From Candidatus Bathyarchaeota archaeon (GTDB taxonomy: Archaea > Thermoproteota > Bathyarchaeia > Bathyarchaeales > DTEX01): a stretch of DNA of 64,000 nt. Within the stretch, counting starts at the first letter, position 1. Every line of letters begins with the position of its first letter. The translations under genes and the position numbers were made by a program. Under the pieces are notes generated by a model. The model ran no database searches. It was not told where the DNA came from and worked only from the letters and a program-made list of their open reading frames with translations. The DNA is taken from the NCBI GenBank assembly GCA_963714275.1, contig CAVQNT010000003.1, positions 32,001-96,000 on the forward strand, in the 5' to 3' direction. This document shows positions 55,155 through 64,000 of this stretch, piece by piece.

Positions 55155-57130
55155 TTGTTTATGCCAAAAAAAACAGCCTTAACAACCTCATTGGTAATGA
55201 TACTCTTATTGACCTCAACGCCTTTTCTGTTTAAGCTTCCCATCGTACGTGCTCAGACTACTGAGATACCCAGAGAAGAAGCATTGTATATGGAATCTTG
55301 GGAAGATCCCACAGCCTTCAACCCATTCATTCCAAACATACCAGCTTTCCGCCCATTCCTTGAACCTTTATTCGTCTTCGATGCCTGGCACTTTAAACTT
55401 GTCCCTTGGCTTGCTGAAAGCAGCGAATGGATTAACGACCTAACCTTAAGGATTAAGCTCCACGACGGCACAAAGTGGAATGATGGCCAAAGCTTAACCT
55501 CAGCTGATATCAATTACACCTTCTGTTTGCCAATAAGGAAATCCGAAATTACAGGCGTCATCGCTGATTTGTGGACTTACCTAGACTCTATCACAGTTGT
55601 AAATTCCACAACAATAGATTTTGTTCTTAAAGCGGAAAATCCAAACAAATACATCTTGACACAAGCCCTAACCCAAATAGAGATTCTTCCAATGCACATA
55701 TGGACAGTAGCTGAAACACAGTATGCAAGCCTACTTGACTTTACGTATCTCGATAATCCAGTAGGATCCGGACCATACAAACTAATGTATTCATCTGCAT
55801 CTGAGCACAGAACCGTTTGGGTCAGGGACGACAATTATTGGGGTGAACAATACTTTGGCCTGCCACAACCAAAATACATAGTCAACATAGTTATCTCAAG
55901 TAATGAAATTGGGAACATGATGCTTGAAAAGGGAGAAATAGACTGGTCAGAATGCTTCATGCCGAATATTTGGGAACTTTGGGAAACTAAACATCTTGCC
56001 AGAGGATCATGGAGCACAGATCAACCATACTACATGCCTGTGCCATACATGACAGGACTTGTAATTTTTAATCACCTAAAGATTACGAATGACGACGCCC
56101 TTGCAAACCCAGAAGCTAGAAGGGCTATAGCTTTCGCTGTAGACTGGAATAAAGTATGCGACTTAGCATTCGCTAAGCTCACAACTCCAGCAAATCCGTC
56201 GATGCTGCCTGAGAATGTTCCAGAACTTGCTCAGTTCATAAATTCCACTGCCGTCGAAAAATATGGGTGGACCTTCAATGTTACAAGGGCTAATGAGATT
56301 CTTGATAGTCTAGGATATTCTATGGGAACAGATGGTTGGAGACATTATGCTAATGGCACGAAGATTGGGCCATATGAGCTGCTTATAGTTGAAGGTTGGA
56401 CCGATTGGGAGGGAGTGCAGAAATTTTCAAGGAGAACCTTATCAACGTAGGATTGGACATAACAGTGAAGTGAGTTGAAGACACCGCCTTTTTTGAGGAC
56501 ATTCAGAGTGGCGAATTCACCTTAACCTTTGATCAACCGTCAACATGGACTCCTGCAACGCCTTGGTACACTTACTACATAAACTTTGTTTCAAGAGCTT
56601 CACCAGCAGCTGGTAAACCAGCCTATGGAAACTGGGGAAGCTATAACAATACAAGGGTTGATGCTTTACTTGACGAAATTGCTAGGACAAATCCAGAAGA
56701 CGTGGAGACGTTAACTAACCTATATGGCGAACTGCAGTCAATAATATTAAAGGAACTTCCATACATAACTGGATGGTTCTATGGACCATTTTACATGTAT
56801 TCAGAAACCTACTGGACAAACTTCCCAAATAAAGACAACTCATATGCAGGCGCAGTTCCGTATTGGGATGGCTCTCACGGATCCTACCTGATGCTCTTCC
56901 GCCTGAAATCAACCATTACCCCCGCACCTCCCGTGATTCCAACGGAAATCATACAGGCTCTCAACCAAAGCATATTAGGACTCCAAGAAGATGTAGCGTC
57001 TCTCCAAGGGGATTTGACAACTCTACAAACCAATATGACTAATTTAGTCTACGGATCAATAGCCGTATCTGTCATTTCGGTGGTAATAGTGATAGTAGCT
57101 GTCATAAGATCCCGACGGGTTGAAGATTGA
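55155..57130 (+). CDS. ABC transporter substrate-binding protein, family 5 (likely oligosaccharide), C-terminally anchored; frameshifts at 56415-56475
   Basis: Signal peptide, PWLAE, WNDG..LTS.D, PVGSGPY and GWTDW motifs; C-terminal coiled coil plus TM. Confidence 0.88.
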
Positions 57131-58168
57131 CAAAAAAACGCGCAATTCCCCCTTTTTATTTATACTTAATCAAAAAAATAGTATTCTACATCATCACATA
57201 TTTCGTAGCCTTAACGATTACATTCATGATAGTCAGGCTCATGCCTGGAAACCCCATACAACAGCTCGTAAGTAGATTGGTAGCTGGAAGACAAAGGGGG
57301 ACAATTTACGGAGTCGACAAATTATATCTTCTTTTTATGGATAAATTCGGGCTTGATAAGCCATTAGATGAACAATTTATTCTATACATGCAGAACATGC
57401 TTACGTTCAACTTTGGATCAAGCATAATGTATTACCCAAGCACAGTATCTGACATAATTGAGGGTAGCCTACCATGGAGCCTCCTTATTCTTCTACCATC
57501 AATTATTGTAGGATTTGTCGTTGGGAATCAACTTGGCGCTATTGCTGCTCACAAGAAGAAATGGATGGATAACATCGTTTTTAACATCTCATTATTATTT
57601 TCCAATATTCCATATTACTGTTTGGCTTTGGTTCTTCTCTACTTGTTCGCATTCATATGGCCCATCTTTCCAATAGGAGGTGGCTATCCGTTTGGCAGAA
57701 CTGGCTTCTCCTTAACATTTGAATGGATCGCTGGTTATCTTTACCATTACATTCTGCCCTTCCTTTCTTTGGTTTTAATAAACATTGGGGGGCAAGCAAT
57801 CGGCATGAGAGTTATGATGATATATGAGTCTAACTCTGACTACTTTTTTTACTCTAAACAGCTGAGGTCTAGGCGAAAAAAAGCTTGTAAACTACGCTTA
57901 TAGAAACGCCATTCTCCCCCAGATTACTGGATTAGCCCTATCTTTTGGCTCAATTTTTAGCGGATCTTTAGTTACCGAGATAGTTTTCAATTATCCGGGC
58001 GTTGGTCTCGGATTGTACAATGCGATTCTAAGAGAGGACTATCCCTTAATTCAGGGTTACTTCGCTGTTATAACACTTACAACATTACTTGCCAACTTCA
58101 TTATGGATTTGCTCTACATGGTCATCGACCCAAGAATCAGATCTACCTATGCAGGAGAAAAAACATGA
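57127..58168 (+). CDS. ABC transporter permease (DppB-like); frameshift near 57870
   Basis: RLMPGNP, YRNAILPQ, E.VFNYPGVG and DPRIR motifs. Confidence 0.9.
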
Positions 58169-58998
58169 AACTCAATCACCCTTTGTTAAGGTCAAAAAAG
58201 TTTCTTGTTGGAATAGGTACTTTTCTATTTTTCATCATCTTAGCGGCAGTTGGATCATGGCTTATGCCTAACCCAAAAGCTATGATAGACTTGCCTTGGA
58301 AACCTCCGTCATTCGAAAGAATTTTAGGAACTGATCTTTTTGGTAGAGACGTCTTCTCCTTATTTGCACATGGTTTGGATATGTCTATAAGAATAGGCGT
58401 CATTTCTGGCATCGGAGTTACATTACTTGGGGTCATAATTGGAGCCGTAGCTGGCTATAAAGGTGGATGGGTCGACGACTTACTAATGAGCATAACGAAT
58501 ATAATGCTCGTAATACCTAGTTTGGCCTTGCTTATTGTGATAGACTGCTTTTCTTAAGATAAGAAACGAAATGTTCTTGGCATTCATGATTGCGATTTTT
58601 TCATGGCCATGGACAGCAAGGTCCATAAGATCTCAGACTTTATCTCTAAAAGCAAGGGAATTTGTTGACCTACCTCGAATTCGGGGTTGTCAGAATTTGA
58701 GATAATAATCCAAGACATATTGCCAAACATGCTTTCCTATGTTTTCATGTGTTTTGTTCTTCAGATGGCAAGCGGAATACTTTCAGAAACAGGCTTAAGC
58801 ATGATAGGCTTAGGACCAACGGACATCGTTTCTCTTGGGATGATACTGAGATGGGCTCTTCTTTGGGAATCTGTAAGATTAGGAAAATGGTGGGTCTTCA
58901 TTCCTCCCACAATAGCCATAACCCTATTGACAACATCTCTTCTTCTCATAAATACTGCGATGGACGAAGTTTTTAACCCAAGAATGAGAAAAATGTAA
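58165..58998 (+). CDS. ABC transporter permease (DppC-like); frameshift near 58550
   Basis: LGTDLFGRD, ILPNM, WW.F.PP and NPR motifs. Confidence 0.9.
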
Positions 58999-59013
58999 TG
59001 ACGAGGGGAGATA

Positions 59014-59982
59014 ATGTCAATATTAACGGCTGAGAACCTAAAAGTCTATTATAAACTTTTAGATGGCGATGTCAAAGCAGTTGAGGATGCGACGTTCACA
59101 TTAATGAACGGGGAAATTCTGGGAATAGCAGGAGAATCAGGATGCGGAAAATCAACACTGGCTGCAACGCTTTCATTAATTATACTTCCACCTCTTCAAT
59201 TAATTAATGGAAAACTTTACACCGAAGATGGAAAAGACATATTCAAGCTTTCAGAAAGAACACTTAGAAGAGACATACGCGGAAAGTACATAACTTTGAT
59301 TCCTCAAAGCGCCATGAACGCTTTGAATCCTACAAAAAAGATAAAGGACCTTGTCATCGACGCTATTATTGCCCATTATCCAAGGATGCACAAGGAGGAA
59401 ATTCTAAACACATCTAAAAAACGATTTGAAGAAATGGGTTTACCAGTTAGGGTTTTGGAGTCGTATTCTTTTGAGCTTAGCGGAGGAATGAAGCAGAGAA
59501 CAATCATAGCCATTTCTTCTCTCCTTAATCCTAAAGTGCTTATAGCAGATGAACCAACTTCAGCACTTGACGTTTCAACCCAAAAAACCGTTCTCACCCT
59601 TTTATTAAAATTGAAGAAGAGTAAGGCTGTTCAAAGCATAGTATTCATCACTCATGATATTGCTGTACTAAGACAAATTGCCGAGAGAGTGATGATAATG
59701 TATGCCGGAGTAATAGTTGAGATAGGCAACGTCGACGATGTTATTTTTAATCCACTTCACCCTTACTCTAAAGGGCTCATGCCAACTGTGATTGTGCCTG
59801 AACCAGAAATCAAAAAAAGAGTGTCAGCTGGAATTCCAGGAGCGCCACCAAACCTTAAAGATCCCCCAACAGGCTGTAGATTCCATCCAAGATGTACTCA
59901 GGTTATGCCAAAATGCAAACTAGAAACCCCAACACCATCAATAGTAGATGGTAGAACCATTAGGTGTTGGCTTTACAATTAG
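59014..59982 (+). CDS. ABC transporter ATP-binding protein (DppD-like)
   Basis: GESGCGKS, LSGGMKQR, DEPT and GCRFHPRC motifs. Confidence 0.95.
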   Translation: MSILTAENLKVYYKLLDGDVKAVEDATFTLMNGEILGIAGESGCGKSTLAATLSLIILPPLQLINGKLYTEDGKDIFKLSERTLRRDIRGKYITLIPQSAMNALNPTKKIKDLVIDAIIAHYPRMHKEEILNTSKKRFEEMGLPVRVLESYSFELSGGMKQRTIIAISSLLNPKVLIADEPTSALDVSTQKTVLTLLLKLKKSKAVQSIVFITHDIAVLRQIAERVMIMYAGVIVEIGNVDDVIFNPLHPYSKGLMPTVIVPEPEIKKRVSAGIPGAPPNLKDPPTGCRFHPRCTQVMPKCKLETPTPSIVDGRTIRCWLYN

Positions 59983-59990
59983 GTGATTCA

Positions 59991-60800
59991 ATGACAAACG
60001 AGATTGTTCTAGAAACACAGAAACTAACTAAGATATATGAGTCAGGGCTATTTAGAAAAAGATCCATCATCGCTCTCGACAACGTATCATTTCAGCTTAG
60101 CAAGAGAGAAGTAATTTCTTTAGTGGGTGAAAGCGGTAGTGGCAAGACCACTGTAGCAAAAATAATACTTAAATTACTTCGACCAACTAACGGTAAAGTC
60201 CTCTATAGAAATAAAGACATATCAGAATTCAAAAAAAAGAGCGAACATACAGAATATTGGCGGCATGTGCAGGGCATTTTCCAAGACCCATATGCCTCGT
60301 TCAACCTCTTCTATAAGGTTGACAGAGTCCTCAACATGATTTTTAAACTATTTGACAAGCTCCCTAACAAAGATGAAAGAAATACAATGGTAAGATCCTC
60401 ATTAAAAATGGTCGGCTTAAACGCTGACGAAATACTAGGAAAATATCCGCATCAACTGAGTGGCGGACAACGACAACGTGTGCTAATAGCTCGAAGCCTG
60501 ATAGTCAACCCCGAAATCTTAATAGCTGATGAACCTACAAGTATGATTGACGCCTCAACAAGGGTCGATATTCTTAAAGCATTTCTTGATCTCAAAGAAA
60601 AAAATGGATTATCTATTATATTCATTACACATGACCTAGGTTTAGCCTACTACATAAGCGACAGAATTATCGTCATGCAAACAGGCCATATAGTAGAAGA
60701 AGGAAAAGCTGATGACATAATAAATAATCCAAGACATGACTACACAAAAAATCTCTTATCATCCATACCAACCCTAAGCAAGAAATGGGAAGAGGTTTAA
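59991..60800 (+). CDS. ABC transporter ATP-binding protein (DppF-like)
   Basis: GESGSGKT, LSGGQRQR and DEPT motifs; GGTGA RBS upstream of MTNEIV. Confidence 0.95.
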   Translation: MTNEIVLETQKLTKIYESGLFRKRSIIALDNVSFQLSKREVISLVGESGSGKTTVAKIILKLLRPTNGKVLYRNKDISEFKKKSEHTEYWRHVQGIFQDPYASFNLFYKVDRVLNMIFKLFDKLPNKDERNTMVRSSLKMVGLNADEILGKYPHQLSGGQRQRVLIARSLIVNPEILIADEPTSMIDASTRVDILKAFLDLKEKNGLSIIFITHDLGLAYYISDRIIVMQTGHIVEEGKADDIINNPRHDYTKNLLSSIPTLSKKWEEV

Positions 60801-60801
60801 C

Positions 60802-62742
60802 ATGAACCCTATAGAGTTAGGTAAAGACTACTTCATAAAAGGGAAGCGATGTTTCTTTTTAGTCGGTACAAATTATATGCCGAGGAAATCCTTCTATCGT
60901 ATGTGGGAAGAATGGGAACCATCTCAAATTGAAGAAGACTTTAAACAGTTAAAGGATCTAGGAGTTGAAGCTTTAAGGATTCCGCTTTTTTGGAGTTCCG
61001 TTGAACCTGAAGAAGGCGTTATAAGCCCCACATTTTTAGAAAGATTCGACAAATTCCTTGAAATAGCATGCAAATACGGCGTGTACGTTATGCCCTTCCT
61101 CTTTGTAGGTGTATGTGTTGATTTATGGGACATTCCGTGGAGACAGAGTAGAAACATATACAAAGACCCTGAAATGATGAGACTCGAATGCAAACAGGCT
61201 GAAATTTTAGCATCTAGATATGCCAATAATCACACTATAATTGCCTGGGACATAAGTGACGAACCATACTATTATGCAGGAGTCACAGACACAGAAACAG
61301 CGACTAATTGGGTCTCAAGTATTTATAAAGCAATAAAGTCTTGCGACAAAAACCATCCAGTCACTCTTGGATTCGATAACAACCACATAGTAGAAGATAC
61401 AGGATTTCAAATTGAAAAACTGGCTCCATACCAAGACTTCTTCTCCTTATGCGCATACCCAATATATGGTTTAAAAACGCCTGAAGCTCACACTTCAACT
61501 CGGTCAACCTACTTTACTTCCTTCTTCATAAAATTCAGTGATGTTGGGAAACCGGTTTTACTTTCGGAAGGTCCAAGTACAACAACAGTGTGGACTTCAC
61601 TTGAAAGAGCTGGCAACTATTACAAAGTGGTCATGTATTCAAGTTTCATAAACAACTCAATAGGCGTAATGCCTTGGATACTTTATGACTACAGTACTGA
61701 TCATCATAACAAATTTCCTCTCGATGACAAACCATTCGAAACCTCCTTTGGGATACTGACAAGCTCAGGAGAGAAAAAGCCTCCCGCAGAAGAGTTAAAA
61801 AAAATTTGCTCAAGTAATAAAAAAAATTGACCTTGAAAAATTTCATTTCAGAAAACCTGAGGCAGGATTGTTAATACCTAAAGATTACTACAAACATGTA
61901 AAAACAGTCTGGCCAAGACTTTTTGAAGCCTATATCCTGGCTAAGGAAGCCCATATTGAACTGGACCTAATACGTGAAGGAGTAGACCTCACAAGTTATA
62001 AGCTCATTATTATTCCCAGCAGCCTCGTTCTGAGAACCTCATCATGGTATGCCCTTAAAAGATATGTGGAACAAAATGGAAACCTCTACTTTTCTTATGG
62101 TGGCTCATGGATTGGCTCTCCAAATCCTCTTGGCCCATTCTTCAATGAAATATTCGGTGTTCAACTTCAAGACAGAATCAGCTCCTATGCCATCTGAGCC
62201 ATTATTGTTCACGAAAGACTGGATGAGTTAAAGGGGAATAAGTTTGAGTATCCAAAAACTGATGGAGCATCCTGTTTAGAGGTAGAACCCAATAAAGGGC
62301 GCGTAATCGCATACGACAGCCATAAAAATCCCGCCATAATAGTCAACAAGCAGAAAGGAAAGGGTACAACCATGTTGGTTTCGCACCCAATTGAATCCTA
62401 TCTCAGCGTTCTCCCGGATGCTTACTTATCGGATAAAACATTTTTGATTTATGAAGCCTTGAAGAAGGCGGCTAAGTCTCTTGTCCTATTACATGCTATA
62501 ATCCTTTCATTGAGGCAGGCTGGATGGAGACTGATGACAAAGATGAAGCTGTCATTATCCTGATTAACCATGAAAGAGTCAAAATAAAAACATCTATTTT
62601 ATTGAATCAAGTCTGGCAACTTACATCCTTTCTCAATGGTAAAGGTTTCAAAGTCGGTGCCAAAGAAAATAAGACATTAATGAGATTGAGTTTTTCCCCC
62701 AGCGAAGTAAAAATTTTCCAAGCAATTCGTCGAGACACTTAA
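60802..62742 (+). CDS. GH5-like exo-glycosidase with a GH42-type trimerisation domain; several frameshifts
   Basis: GTNY.PR, WDISDEP and PVLLSE motifs; YKLIIIPS...YVEQNGNL trimerisation domain. Confidence 0.75.
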
Positions 62743-62760
62743 TTTTGAATTGACATCAAA

Positions 62761-63826
62761 TTGGTGAACATAACTATGAAAACTCCTTTTCAAAGTGAGA
62801 TTGATGAACAAGGAGAAGCCTTACGAAGAATGATTACATTCTACGGGCAAGAAGGCACCAGACTGCTAAAGAAATGGAAGAAACTGTTAAGTAAAATGGA
62901 TGGTAACTTACTTTTCGCTGGCATGGGGACATCATTTTTTTCGCCTTTTGTGATCAAACCGTTGCTCGCATCGAAAGGTATTATGGCTTCTATTTATGAG
63001 GCTGGTGAGCTTCTCCATTATGAACTGAAAGCTGTTCACAAAAATGACTTAATTGTGCTGATTTCACAATCAGGAGAAAGCATTGAAACATGTAAGGTGG
63101 CAGAACAACTGAATAACACCTGCCCAATAGTAGCGATTGTAAATAATGAGAATAGTACATTAGCCAGACATGGAGATCTAGTGCTACCCTTGGTGGCTGG
63201 AGAAGAGAAGAGCATTACAACAAAAACTTACACCAACACCCTTGGACTCCTAAATATGATGGGAGTGACTGCTGTTTCTGGTGACCTAGAAAAGGAACTG
63301 AACTCCTTAACAGAGGCTTCATTTCACATGGACAGACTTTCTTGAAAGTCGAGCTGAAGAAGTAACGCTTGCAGCAAAGAGACTTGAAAATGCTAATGTT
63401 ATCCATTTTCTTTCGCGAGGTCCATCTATGGCTGGGGCTTTTCAAGGAGCTTTGACATTCATGGAGGGAGCTCGTATGACAGCTTTAGCTATGCCCTGTG
63501 GCAGTTTTCGTCATGGCCCCTTTGAACTTGTTCGTGAAGGGCACCACGCAATTGTTTATGTTCCATCTTCCCAGAATGGAAGGCTAATCATAAAAATGGT
63601 TTCTGAGATGGCTGATAAAGGCAGTCGTATAGTGGCTTTTTCTGCTAACACTAAAAGGATAAAAAGGACTGAAGTTTTTGAGATAACTTTCCAAAACATT
63701 GATGATAGACACCTTTCTATTGCCGCAGCCACTCCGCAAGAGCTCCTATTGGATAAGATTGCCTCTCTTCGGGGCTTAACCTGTGGAGTGTTTGAGCACG
63801 GATCAAAAATAACAATGGTGGAATGA
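62761..63826 (+). CDS. SIS-domain protein (GlmD/FrlB-like sugar-amine-phosphate deaminase/isomerase); frameshift near 63340
   Basis: EIDEQ, GMGTS, ISQSGES.ET and FRHGP.E motifs. Confidence 0.85.
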
Positions 63827-63830
63827 AAGC

Positions 63831-64000
63831 TTGTACAATCTAGGAATTGATTTAGGAGGCACCAAAATAGCAGCAGGAGTTGTGAAAGGCAAATTTAAAC
63901 TTTTAAGTTTTGTTGAGTGTCCTACGGACGCCTTCTCCTCAAGAGACATAATTCTCAATAACATAGAAAAAACAGCAAGAATTGCAGTTGAAAAGGCTTA
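63831..64000 (+). CDS. ROK family sugar kinase, 5' part only (runs off the window)
   Basis: TTG start, LGIDLGGTKIAAG motif. Confidence 0.85.
   Translation, partial: MYNLGIDLGGTKIAAGVVKGKFKLLSFVECPTDAFSSRDIILNNIEKTARIAVEKA

Noticed and set aside
1-64000. CRISPR array, tRNA or rRNA genes
   Set aside because: No regularly spaced 25-40 bp repeats and no cloverleaf or rRNA-like sequence were seen by eye; the dispersed motif is irregular and kilobases apart.

Overview
This is an archaeal window, most consistent with a Bathyarchaeia/TACK-type genome; that assignment is an inference from gene families, GGTGA/GAGGTG-type RBSs and the NurA-HerA pair. It is a mosaic accessory region dominated by carbohydrate catabolism: xylose isomerase plus xylulokinase, GH5-like, GH99, GH127-like and DUF4038 hydrolases, aldo/keto reductases, Gfo/Idh/MocA oxidoreductases, four URO-D/MtaA-like proteins, and a family-5 ABC transporter/glycosidase/SIS/ROK operon. 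It also carries nadB, an S9 peptidase, a beta-CASP nuclease, two paralogous surface proteins and a stand-alone NurA-HerA pair. About 20 genes are split by single-base frameshifts, most likely long-read errors. The most unusual signals are in the intergenic DNA. (i) At least seven short (30-220 bp) gene stubs occur, and four have a full-length, synonymously diverged homolog elsewhere in this window (herA, xylB, a GH5-like gene, abrB). (ii) A dispersed TAGC/TAGT/TGAG/TAAC tetramer-type motif lies at about 14 module junctions, twice exactly at a stub breakpoint. (iii) A 1.24-kb element bounded by 25-bp terminal inverted repeats and 13-bp direct repeats carries a methyltransferase but no transposase. 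No rRNA, tRNA or CRISPR array was seen.
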